From the NCBI GenBank assembly GCA_004022145.1, contig RCNU01000014.1: 64,000 nucleotides of DNA, one strand, 5' to 3'. The translations under genes and the position numbers were made by a program. Of the stretch, positions 1 through 12,416 are shown piece by piece (the first letter of the stretch is position 1; each line of letters opens with the position of its first letter). The notes beneath the pieces are model-generated. The model was given only the letters and a program-made list of their open reading frames with translations. It had not been told where the DNA came from and did not search any database. This DNA is from Paecilomyces variotii (Eukaryota).

Positions 1-2354
1 CGCCCTTATCGGGGTGCAGGGTAGCCTTTTCCTCATCCGCCTCCGTCGACACGGTAGGCTGGGACTTCGCGGCAGGCCTTGCCTGCTTCCTGGGACTCCT
101 TGCACGGCGAGTGTTGGCTTGCTGTTGCGTATTCTCAGGCTGTGGAATAGTCCAGGCAGCATTCTTCAACTGCTCGGCCCAAACATCTGCCGAAAACTTG
201 GCTTCTGCGAACGGTGTAGGCGCTTGTTTCGATGCGGATGGAGCACGCGAGGTGCCTTGGCTTGAGGAACCGTTCTTCGATTGCGATGAAGCAGTAGACC
301 TGCCAGGCGTTCGACCACGACCGGGTGATCCTCGTCCACGATTCGCTGCATCCTTAGCTGACGGGGCAAAGAAGTCCGCAGCCCCTTCGAAAGTGTTGCG
401 CCAGTGATCCGCCGAAAAAGTAGTGTGTAGATTCTCGTGGCTCTTGGATTCTCTGTTCATCGTGGCTTTCGAGGTAGTCGATCCTTGGAAGCTATGAGAC
501 GGGTCAGCATCATATCCTTGGGTTCTCGATATCGACTTAATTAATGGGTCAGGAAGTTGGCGAAGCGAGGCGCGAATCGCTGCCGCTGATGGAGCTGCGC
601 TTTTGCCGTCGTCTGTTACCCTGATCCGCTTGGGGGATGTGGCCGGAACCATCACACTGGAAGGGTAGGCCCAATACGGCGGCTGTTTGCGCGGGCCTTT
701 GGGAGCGGCCTTTGGGGAACAGAATCCCCATTTGCGGGACCAAGAAAGGGTAGATGATTCAGGGGCGGCGTCATACTTATTAGAGGGTTCCTTTGATTCT
801 CCGGTAACATCACGGGTCTCGCGTTTCTCTGGACGTTGAGCGTTATGCGATTCGGTGGTCGTAGCTGAGGCATGGAAGCCATTCGGGAATGCGGTGCTAT
901 CTGAGGCATGCCCTTCATAATAATTGTCAGTATTTTCATCCATATATCCGTGATGGCTCCGTGGCCTGGGTCCGTCGAAACGCCTGGGAGGGTGTAGGTG
1001 ATCCGGAGAATCATAATCGGCCGGCCAAACTGAGGGATTCTCACCAGCTCCTGAGTTCCAGTCCTTGTAGAAGTCGGAAAATTTCTGGTTCGGGCGTAGT
1101 CTACTCTTAGGGACGGCCCGTGGCTTGAAAGTAGGCTGGTCTTCATCTTCGTCAAGATCATCCTCGTCCTCGTCTAGGTCACTCGAAGTAGCCGATGAAG
1201 AAAAGGCTCGATCCCGGTTCTTCAGTTGTGGGCTCGCGCTACGATGCCGTCCAGATTTGCTATGCGCAGGGCTGGGAGGATTCGTCCTCGAGTGAGGTCT
1301 CGGGCTGCTAGGGGAGTCCCTTACGGTAGAGGACCGGCCGAGTCCAGAACTTGAGAAGTAAGTCCTTTCGCCTCCGCTGGTTGCGTACCGCGTGCTGAGC
1401 CTTTCAAATCCCGGGATAGTGAACTCTTCTGGTGCAGTGGTCTTCTTTGCGGTGGGAGCTGGTGCCGGTTCGTAAAACGCACGTTCCGGTCTCGGGACAT
1501 TGGTGTAGGCGGAAGTGTTGGCTGCTGGCGGTTCATCGCCGCCTGGTGTCCCTGGAGCAAAGCCCTGCTTCCTCCTGGTGGATGGGGTCCGCGGAGGTCC
1601 AGTAGCAGGCTGCGTCGGCGGAGGCTGCTTCTCATATGCCGTCTTGAAGTATTCGTATGCCGACCTCGGCCTCGCGGATTGTCCGGTTGTTGTCCCCGTT
1701 GGCGTTCCTCTGGGAGCTGGATATGATTTACCGGTCCGAGGATCAAAGTTAGCCCAGCCAGGCGTTGCGTTATTCTTCATCTCCTGGAAACCACGGAAAG
1801 CATCTGCCCGAGTTTGAGGCTCATCCCGCGTCTTCTCCCATGGCTGCTGTTGTGCTGCTCGTGCATATCTGGCAAAGCTCTGCGCACTTGCTGAAGGATG
1901 GGCTTGGTAAGATTGTCGCTGAGAATAGCCTGGTCTAGAAGTCTGGGCCCTTGAGGTAGGAGGTGGTGGCGGAGGAGCATACGGTTGCGACGCGGGTTTT
2001 GGTGTGGTCGGTTTCTTCGTGGCAGTCGCCGCTTTCGCTGCACCATACGTCCTTCCATAGCCAGCTCGAAGCCTATCCGTATCATACCTCAGACGCAGTT
2101 GTGGATCAATAAGAATCTCATGAGCTGCTTGTATCGCTTGAAACTTTGCGTTGAATTCGGCTTCCCTTCCCGGATTTCTGTCGGGATGGTACTTCAAAGC
2201 TGTGTCATTCCACCAGTTAGTCACTGTAGACAGGTCTTGAAGAACTTATACTCTCACCAAGCTTCCTAAATTGCTTCTTGATTTCATCCGTATCGGCGCT
2301 CGGGGTCAGACCCAAGTCCGCATAGTAATCCCGACGTACGTCTGCTTTCACCAT
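1..2354 (-). CDS. DnaJ/J-domain protein with long low-complexity C-terminal region; 3' end lies beyond the window
   Basis: ATG 2354, exon 1 MVKADVRRDYYADLGLTPSADTDEIKKQFRKL; intron 2257-2200 (GTGAG..CTAAC..CAG); then ALKYHPDRNPGREAEFNAKFQAIQAAHEILIDPQLRLRYD with the HPD motif. The frame appears open to position 1, which explains its absence from the ORF track. Confidence 0.9.
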
Positions 2355-4345
2355 CTTGCCGGTGCAGTGGGGACCTTATGTGTCCGTTCAAGCACGAGAG
2401 GGTGTCTCACGAAGCAATATCTCTCACATGCATTGCCTGTACTATATTCTGGAATTGGAGTACAACAGGGGCCAAGCATCTATAGAATCGATAGACAGAG
2501 CAAGAGGTAACAGCAACCACGTTGCCTTTCAGCCAACTTCGAGCTTCCCAAGAACCAATTATCCCCAGGGTGCAATCTATCGCAGTGGTCAAAAGAGGTG
2601 AGGTAAAAGGATAGTCGGTCGTTATTGCAGGCAAAATTCCAGAATGCCGTCGTGGCGGGGACTGTTTCACAAAACGCGCGCTGTCAGCGTCATAGGACGA
2701 CTTGATTGAAAGCTGTCAGAATCCAAACTATGAATATCAAGGACAATAACAGCAAAAGCAGCAGGGAAAAGAATACATCCTCTTCCAGCCACTGCACAGT
2801 TGAGGGGGTCGTGTAAGACACAGTTGGCCCAAGAGTGAGGCGTAGATGCAAGGGCCAGAAATCAGAGCCTAGGCTGGAGGTCCAAGTGAAAATTGAAGTG
2901 TGCGTACCGTTGTTTGAATCTCTGCGGTAGGTCCCAACTAATGTATAGTCTGCGTCTTTGGAACACAGTCCGGTTCGCACCAACAGCTTCGAGACAGTGA
3001 GAGCTTATCCTCACGCAGACAGGATAAGTAGTATGCTTCCGCGACTCTTCCCCAAGCGCGGAACGGCGTTGGACCCTGCGTGTGGGGTGATCCACGGAGG
3101 AACAGAAGAAAGGAATGGCAGATCAGAGATCTCTTCGCTCTGATCGGTGGGCAACGAGAGAGGGTCGTAACAGAGAAGGTCGGACTGGATAACGATTCCG
3201 CGGAGCTCAACGCGGTTGGATGGAGTCGAGCGCAGGGTGAGTTGGCGGACTGACTGTGATTCGCAGCCGCAGAAGGACAGTCGAGGCCACGATCGACCTG
3301 CTGCGATAGAAAGCTAGCAGAGAACGAGCGTCCTGGCGGTGTTGACGTCGGCGGTGGATTGTGATTGTTTTGTTTTTTGTGTCTCTGCTTCTGCTCTTTG
3401 GAGTTTGCGGTCCCGCCTCGTCCCACAAGGCAGAAAAGCCGCCCAAGTTGCTGTAACTGGACCGCCGCAACTATCAATCAACAATACTAATGATTATTAT
3501 ATTCGGCGACTACAAAGCCAACGCGGATGGTGGCTGGTCTTTAGGAAACACCAGCAGTCGCTGCGATACGCAACGCAGGAGTCCGCAGTCAGTCCTACTC
3601 TACAGGGAATCTCCTGGAGTCTCCTCCGCAAACATCCTCAGGATGCTAGACTATCGTCCACTGCACTTCATTCAGCATGCTATCATCTTGGCGCCTTACT
3701 GCCCAACTGCTGGCATGCACGCAAAGCGGCCATCCAGCGACGCAGCTAGAGTCCGGAGACCACGGGCGATTGCAGACAATAACTACCAGCCAGCAGATTA
3801 TGAGATCACTGACCCGATCTGCTGCCCACTTGATTGGAGCTCTATCATGCCGTCAGATTCAGTGACGATGTATGCCTTTAGGCCAGGTCAGATGGATATA
3901 TTCCGAAGTAGGACACTGTCCTACGAAGCTAACTATACTTGAAAATGTCAAGGGTTGAAAAGAAGACAGTGAACGTCATAGGGGGTATGATAATGTGTCT
4001 GACTTGCTTCCAGGTGACCAGACCGTCATCCGCTAGCAGACAACCAAGTCGAAAAGGCTCCACAGAATAATCGATATAGAATTGCACCGTGGACAGGGTG
4101 AAAGCACAAGTCATAACGCTCTATGATATCAGGGCAAGCCGCTTTCGTTTCCGTCCCAGAAGATGCAGCACACAAACCATTGATTTCCCGTCATAAACCT
4201 TCGCTATCCGAGTAACATAACTCCCAACGAGACAGAGCTAGAGAAAGCAACAAAGAAATTTTTACCGGCAAAACATACATACTGAGAAGGAAATTCAACA
4301 CGTAGTGAAGACGTAGCTTTTCACGTAACAGCATAAGGGGAATAT

Positions 4346-7300
4346 TTAGTTCCCTCCATTCGAGGGCCCTGCACCGTTGCCGCCAAAAAAGAAGCCATCG
4401 AAGAGGTCGTAGCCAGTACCCTCGCTCCAGTCGTGCTGGAAATCAACAGCAAGACCAAAGCCAAGGTCAAGACCTGGTCCAGCTCCCGCCCCAAAGGACG
4501 GCATAGACGGATACTCTTGGGTACCGTCTTGTCTTGTCTCAAGATTCATCGCCCCACCGGGAGCGAAGTCAAGGAAATCCAGCCCGGGGTCAACAAAGCC
4601 TTCCTGCTCGGGAGCTTGCGATTGACCGTAGTTCTGTTGTGCACCTCTTGACGAAGGACTCTGAGGTGAGTTGTAGTAATATTGCTGCTGCTGCTGTTGC
4701 TGTTGCTGCTGGGGATTTGGCCCATCATACGTATTGTCGTACGACTGCATATACTGTGAATTCCGATGGTACCGGCCTTGTGGATTTTCTCGTTGGAGGT
4801 TTGCCATTGGTTGGCGACCGCCATATCCAGATCCATCATAGGACTGGAGACGTTGTCGTTTACCGCTGGGAGGGGTCATACCCTCAGCGAAGAGATCACC
4901 GAGATTCATATCGAATCTGGGTTGAGGCCGCGCTTGCCTGGACTGGGTCTGCCGGGGTGGCATCTGATATTCGGAGCCACTCTTTCGAGATCCGGGACTT
5001 TCAAAATAAGTCTGCGGTGTGCGTGAAGCGGGAGCACCGAGAGGCGTCCCGGAGTTGTCGCTGCCAAAGCCCGTAGTTGACAGGCACATCTGAACGGTTG
5101 CCTTGCTCATCCTTTCAAAAGCATCCCGACAGGCTTCTGCTGGTGGACACTTCTCCATCAGATCGCCCAAAACCGAGGTGGCAGAAAGAACGGTAAAATC
5201 AACATCATCAAGCGTCTAGAAGCGTAAGCCAAGTTCCACAAACGAGGCACTATGTGCGACTTACCAGGCGACTTCGGACCACAGGTGAGTGCCATATTGC
5301 ATATAGGAACGATATACCTGGGGCTTGTCAGCTCGCCTACGTTACAACCATCGAAGACGGCGATGTCTTACCTGCCATGAACAGGTGATGTGTAGCCAAG
5401 TAAGTATAATTCACTAGGTGGACACGGTGCAGTTGTCGATATATTCTCAAGACCTTCTGTCCTGCTTCCGCAACCTTGAGGTAAATGTCGTCTTCGTCCT
5501 CGCTGTCTTCAACATTCGAGAACGATGGACTCGAAACATCATCTGCCGGTGTTAGAGCTCCAACCAACGGGGCAGGCACCGTCAAGCTCTGTCTGTACAA
5601 CATGACGATTGCTTGGAAGTAATTCAGCTCGAAAAATTCCACAGAGAATTGCACGCCCGTTTCCTGACGGGTTGGCGCAGAGTCTCTCCATTCAGCAAGT
5701 CGGCGATGCACGTCTTTTCGCCAAGATCGGAAGGAGTCGAAGTTCTGTAGGAAAGGTGATGGGAGTTTGGTGTGCATGAAAGCATTTCGACTGTTCTTCC
5801 CCCCTTGTCTCGCAAGTCGCGCCTGTTGGTACTGCAAGACTTGTTGGATTTCCGACTGGAGAAGGCGTAGTTTGAGATAGTGATGAGCGACCACTTTGTA
5901 ACTGGGTGCATCTTCTGGGGGTGTTAGGAAACCAGCCTTGGTAATATACTTGTCATCCAACAAGGACGGAAATTCCGTCGTGATGACCTGGTCTGTTATA
6001 CCGAACGGCCGGCCCACACAGGTGCTTACGAGACGGTCGAAACTGTAAACACACCACCAAAGGCGCCGACGAAAGTCTCGAACCCATTCTCTCCGTCCTC
6101 GTTCACGAGGATCTATGCTTGGCTTCTGCTTGTCATCAGTACCGATCGCTAGGCGTGGCACACCCTCCTCTCCAATAGAGTCGATGCCTGTGCCATCCTC
6201 GTAATGCAGACCCAAGTCGACGGCCAATCTGACAGCAACTCCAACAATGTACCAGAGACCCGGGGGAACGGGTCGAAGGAGAGCAAAACCGGCCAGAAGG
6301 AGGACCGCCTGCAGTTCTTCAAGACCGGCACCAAAGCCATTGCTCGAGGTAGGAGAACTGAGAAACGCTTCCAGATGGACACTCGCAGCGGCATGGTACT
6401 CCTCCGGTTGATACTGATGGCTCGAATGTTTCCGTCTGGCTGATGGTTCTGTTGATGGCCGATCACCAGCCTTATTTTCATCGTCTGCATTTGACGCCTT
6501 TCCTTCGTAGATTATGCCGGCACCGATGGCGAAAACGATGTTGAGTACATACAGATCCCTGGAAGACGAGTCCTTTGCGTCACTGGAATAGACTCGATCC
6601 ATGAGTTCCACGAAATCAGGGCGATGGAGGATCGGCATCTGAGGGTTGGCGTGTTCAAAGTACAGCTCCACCAGCTTGTTGGCAAGCTCTCGATCGGGAA
6701 ACTCTGCACATTTCACCGTTGGCTTCGTCTGCAAGCCAAAGTAAGAGTCTCGCATCGTGCTCGCACCGCCTCCTGTGACAGTCTGGGGCAAACGATCACC
6801 CGACCGAGTAGATCCGCGATCCGACCCATTTCCTGATACGGAACTCTTGACCGCTGCGAAGACCACCCTGGCGAAAGAGATGCCGGATGTAGAGCCCAGA
6901 TAGCGAGGGTCCGAGGTCCCTTGAACGGACACCATTCCAATATTCGATACCAAGTTATCCAGCCTCTCTTCGGTTTTCTTTTCCCGACTAGCGCTTCCAT
7001 CCTCGCCGTCTGTGCCACCTTTCCTTGCCCCGGATCCTTCTATCAAGCTACTATCTCTGTCCTTCTCTTTCTTTATTGTCGCAGAACTTACACCAGACAT
7101 GGGAGAGTCCTCCGCAACAGAATGGGCTTGTGCAGTATCCGCCACGCCCTCTCCTCCAGTTGTCTCGTCGCCTTCAAAAGCGGCTGCTTCCTTGTACCCA
7201 ATTCCATTGTCGGTCAACACTTTTTCGAGATATGCGACGCGAGCCTCCAAAAAGTATACATAGCTGCGGGGTATCTCCCGTTTCGTGATTGGATCGTAGC

Positions 7301-7655
7301 CCACACAGCGGACTCCAGCTTTCTCGCAGGACTGGCAGCGGGGAAGACGTTGGTCGCATCGGTTTTTGCGCAGCCGGCAGCGATTGCAGGCGGAGACGTT
7401 GCGGAACGACGAGGTTGAGTTACCCGCAGCAAGATGTGCGCTGGACATGGCCGCAGAGGATTGTGTCGTTGTTAGTGGAGAATGAGCGGCCTGTCCATGG
7501 GAGTAATGGTGCTGAGCACCTGGATCATTGCGCGGCGGGCCCAGTAACGACTGTGACGATGAGCGGGGAGGGTTGTCTGAAGAATCAAAGGAAGCGCGAA
7601 GCCTCTTTGTGCCGGATGGACTCGTAGATGCAGGCGGAACAGCGGGATTCAACAT
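4346..7655 (-). CDS. uaY: Zn(II)2Cys6 positive regulator of purine utilisation (UaY/Ppr1 family)
   Basis: SSFRNVSACNRCRLRKNRCDQRLPRCQSCEKAGVRCVGYDPITKREIPRSYVYFLE zinc cluster as in UaY; fungal-specific TF domain (RRRLWWCVYSFDR); introns 5371-5318 and 5264-5216 join the 772-aa and 274-aa ORFs in frame; acidic/aromatic C-terminus. Confidence 0.92.
4682..4711 (-). repeat. CAG/CAA trinucleotide tract encoding poly-Gln in UaY
   Basis: (ctg/ttg)n on the + strand; PQQQQQQQQQQYYY in the translation. Confidence 0.9.
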
Positions 7656-9699
7656 AACGAGACTTATGCGATGAGGCGGAGATCATGTACGACCATTGCT
7701 TTACCGCAGAGCCGTACAAATGTGCCAGGAAGTATACGGATTCAACAAGCTCCGGGCAGATCCTGTCCTCATGTTCGTTTCAACAGCTCGTGAAGGGGCG
7801 CTGCGTCGCTGGTAAGTTACCCTGCCTTGAAGGATCGTCCTGCGCTTCAACTGGCGATGGTGACCGCGCAAAACCCTCGGAAATCGGTGTTCGAGATAGA
7901 GGTCTGTAGTCGTCGTCGATGCCAGTAGCTTACTTAACCGCCCAGCCTCGACCTTTGAGACGACTTTGAAGATTAGCCCGACCAGGCTTCCAGGCGCAAT
8001 ATTGTCATACACGTTGTGGCCTGGAGGATAAAGTATTTATTAATCGGAGGCGCTTTGTTCGAGATCCGCAGAACCAAGAGTCGCCAGTCAGCGGGAGCCC
8101 CGAGAAAGTCCACGATCGAAGATCGAGATAGGGTTCTAGTGGAGTCAAGCTCACCGCGCCGGCTCGAAGCGCTTAACGGGTTGATACGGCCGATCGGGCT
8201 GATGGAGAGTGGACAGCAGCTGAAGATGATGTTGAACGCAATGGATGATCGCGCTGGAATATCTGCTGGCGGCGACACGATTCACGATCCAGAGCTGTTC
8301 TTTTCCAAGTTCTTCCACACTTCTTCCTTCGCCGGGATGGCCGAGAAAAGACGGATTCCGGGGGCGCTACGTGTGACAATACGATACACAAGGTGATACC
8401 GTGTGAAAACCGATCAACGGCCTCGTAAAACCCAACATTCCGATATCATTTGCCAGAGATAAGGATGGGACTGCTCTATCTAGTCTGGCGTGTTTCCACT
8501 CTGATACCGTTACTGAAGCTGCCTTTACAGGCACTATACCATACTTACGGTCCGCAGCTGTTACGATTATTATTATTTTTATTTCAACCGCAGCATTTGT
8601 GCTTCGACAGATCTTCTTGTTCTCTTCTCAGTCTTCTGTCGTGACATTGGAATCATCATAAACATCTGGCCTGGATCATTTCTTACAGCTTGCCATTGCT
8701 CACAAGTTGGACTCCGTTCGAACTCCCCTCACTACAAACTGTCCTCCGCGACTGGCGCGCATTTCTCGAGCCGGGGAGAACTCCGCCAAACTCTGTTGAT
8801 CAGGGGCCCACGGACTAGATCGTTCTTAAGGAAGTCTCTTAATAAACCGTTTAAGCTTGGAAACCCGTAACGGACTCATGATATGAGAATACTCATGTTG
8901 AGAGTGATCGATATCCAGGCACGGGCCTTCTTCTGTCTTCGGACGAGCTTCTCTTGCGTCACTCCTGACGGAATTTTCTGGCGTAGTTATGGCTGATTCC
9001 ACTTTCTTACTACCTAGATGGAGGTCTTGACAGACTGACGGAGTCGATATATGAGAATTCCTGTCAAGACATCGTCGATAAGCACATGTTCTCTTGCTGA
9101 CGGTCTCCGAGTCTTGACCTAGATGGATCAAGGGAACTTGACAAAAAGCATTACGGCGGGGATAAGACAATCACAGCCTAATTCAACTTCGACTGTTGGA
9201 CGTCATAACTGCTCTGGCTATGACAGATGAGTGAACTATACAAGTGCACACTGAACAGTAACTATCTGTCTTGTCGCGTTGTGAACACACTTTTATGGAT
9301 TCATCAAGCAAAAGGCAAGCTGCCAAAAGAATCGAGCAATCTGTCCTTATACTTGAAAGTTGAGCGTGACTAGGTACCCCGCCTGTTCATTCAAGAATTG
9401 GATATGTCAGCAGAGATAATAACTAGACTGCATCCCCACGCTAGCTTAACAATCAGCAGCCAGTCTAGACTTTGTTATGGAGATTGTTCCTGGATTCTTT
9501 CTGTGGACACCTATCAATATTTCTGGTACATCATACAGATCACCAATTCTGTAACATTGATACAATGAATTTGACAGTGAACCCATAATATGCAGCGATT
9601 TATGAAAATGCATTTTCTTATCCGCCTGTTCCCCGCCAGAGTGGGGCATATCTGAGGTCGGATTGAAGGGATTTATCACGATTTTCACACCCCCACGCC

Positions 9700-11600
9700 G
9701 TGGATATCATTAATGGTAGTTATCCTTAGCTGTGCGAATCGAGGCTAGGTTCCGTTTCTTGTTTTTGCCCCTTTTTCAGGAACGAAAAAAACATCAAATA
9801 AAATCAAAATACAGGGATTGTGATCTGCCTTCTCTGTTTGTTGAGCTCACATGTGAGGTGTCTCCTAGCGGTAAGGTTATAGAAAGGAAGTCTATGGTAT
9901 ATAGAAGCAAGGGGAATACATCGTCACTAATGTCAAAATATGTACTAGCTTTTGTCTGTCCATGTCTCCATGACATCCTTGTCGATCGTTATGTAATAGC
10001 GCGCAGTCTTCAAGAGCCATTCGTTTAGTTTATTGAAATCTTTTAGCGAGCTGACTCCTTTAAACTGATATACTATATAGAAAGTGGCCCAGGAGGAGAG
10101 AAACATAGCGAATATTTTGTCATAGGATACTTCCCATCTTTGCATATCGACTTCCTTCTTCATTAATATCTTATTTATAAAATATTCCAATAACTAGGTA
10201 GTTATTGCTATTACACAGGGATTTTAGTCATTTTACGGAAAGAATCACATATTATCAAAGTCTCTGTTCAGACAAGTCCTTTGCTTTACCGCCCCTTATA
10301 GAAGAAGTACTGTACATATCTACTACCCTAAACCTCTATAAATCAGGAGGCCATTCGAGCAGTTCCGGCTTGCTGGCACTTTCTTTCTTTATCGGAACTA
10401 TCTAACGAGAAGAAAAACCATTTTGTATACAAACAACACGGACTGCTTTGACCCATATACAACTTTTACCCCCACCTAGTTATATAGAGAAGATATTAGA
10501 AATTTCAAGTATCGCAGATTAAAACAAAAAGAAAGATGGCGGGAGGGAAGACCGAAAAGTATCCCCGGCCCATCCTAATAAGGCAATTCTTAGATTGAGT
10601 CTATATAGCGGTGCTTTAATAGTCGACGGCAAAATTTAATACAAAACAAGCACTAAGTATATCTATCCCTCATGCAGCACAAAATAACCTCGCGTAAAAA
10701 GCGCATCTGCAAATTGGCACGTGTCACTGTCAGATCGACGAGTGCATATGTCAGTTACCTAGGTAGGTAGGTAGTCCTAGATAACTAGCCCATTACTAGA
10801 CTAGATCAGGCCTGATTGGAATATGCATCGTACTTGTGAAAGATTATATCTAGGCAGATTCTGTCATTTTGAAATTCCACATTGCTGCAATGCATGCAGC
10901 AAGCTTGTGTTTATAATGAATTGTTATGCCCATGTGCATGTGGTATATACCTAGTAGGGAATTCGCTAGATGCGAAAATCTAAAGTATCCTCATGCAAAT
11001 AAAAGATCAAGCCTACTGGTCTTCCGGAAGGGAATCTTACCTCTTATCAGCAGTAAGAGAGAAAAAGTCCTAAAAGTTTTAAACTAAGCAACCAAAGCTC
11101 CAATCGCGGCGGCATCTTATTTATCGTTCCCCGATGGCGGCAGGACACAGCGTCACATCCGCACAACCGAACAGGTTACCAAAGTACTATTAAAATTATA
11201 GCTTCTAACTATAGAGGCAAAATATCGACCCATTGCACTGATTTACAGCGTATGTCTATTTAAGTATACTGGAGAAATAGGAGCCTGGTTCCGGAGAACA
11301 TGGTAGTAGCAAAAGTGAGATAGTTATAATACGGAGTAATTATAGTCAATCGAAGAACCATGCATAACACGAAATGCATTCTTGCATAAATATCTATATA
11401 TCTTTTTTGATACAGAGTGGGGTAAGTTATCATATCATAACTAGTTAGTTAGTTATGAGCTTGAATGTTTGTAAGCACTGCACTGACGCCGTTTAAGTCA
11501 ATGCATGCATGCATTGTAAAAATGGATACGCTCAAATACTTGACTAGTTAACTATCTACCTGTACGTTTCTCTAGATTGTCGATCGTTCTTGCGCTTTGA
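9700..11600. other. AT- and TpA-rich tract, possible RIP-degraded repeat or gene relic
   Basis: Visibly AT-rich, with many TA/CTAG/TATAG words compared with the flanks; only short ORFs. Boundaries are approximate. Confidence 0.45.
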
Positions 11601-12416
11601 CAATTCGGTCCGGGCCATAACCCGACTCCCTGGTTATCTACATCAGTGGCGTTGTGTTTGTGGTATTCGTATGCGACGCTCTGTCTGTTATTATTGTGGG
11701 CGACTTACCACATATTGAAGAGAACTGACTTTGAGAAAGTTACAATGACCATAAATATCAGGAAATGGGATAGCAATAGTGAAAATCGTCCAGTATCCGT
11801 GACACTGATGCCGATGACAGCTCTTATTGAAGCAGGTACCTTACTGCAAATAGAGACCAAGATGCGTTGAATACTGACGAGACAAAGTATGGTATTGACC
11901 ATTCAAAAAGTAACAATAGCCCTGAAAGCCCAAATATCAAAACTAGCAAGAGGGGTTATCTCAAACACACAAGAGTCGCTCAAACGAAATCAGATAGCCT
12001 CCCATATGCCCGTTTGTCGCACAATATGCAATCCTTCAAAAGTAGTCAAAATAAAATCGAGTCGAGTATCATCCACGCGCCGAAAATTTGCAAATCCACA
12101 GATATACCGATGAAAATGGAAAAAGAAAATCTAGGGGCCTGTTCCCTCTTTTTGCTTTTGTAACTCTCCCTCCCTTCTATGCTTTTTTTACGCCTGTGTC
12201 CCATAATCCGGTCGCTAGATGGGCATATTTTTGCCCCCAGTCGTTAAGAGTCTAAAAGTCGTGGTATGCGAGAAAAAAGCGGTATTTCAAATGCATCGTC
12301 GGACGGGAATCACGCGGTTTCGTGTCGGTGTGAGACCCCGTCCGGCGAAAAGGACGGTCAGGGGCCTCGAAGCCGGGCCATAGGACCATCCCATCCAGTG
12401 GACACAGTCCATTAGC

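Noticed and set aside
2690-2983. Leu-rich ORF resembling a tail-anchored protein
   Set aside because: TTG start; the hydrophobicity is explained by pyrimidine-rich leader sequence.
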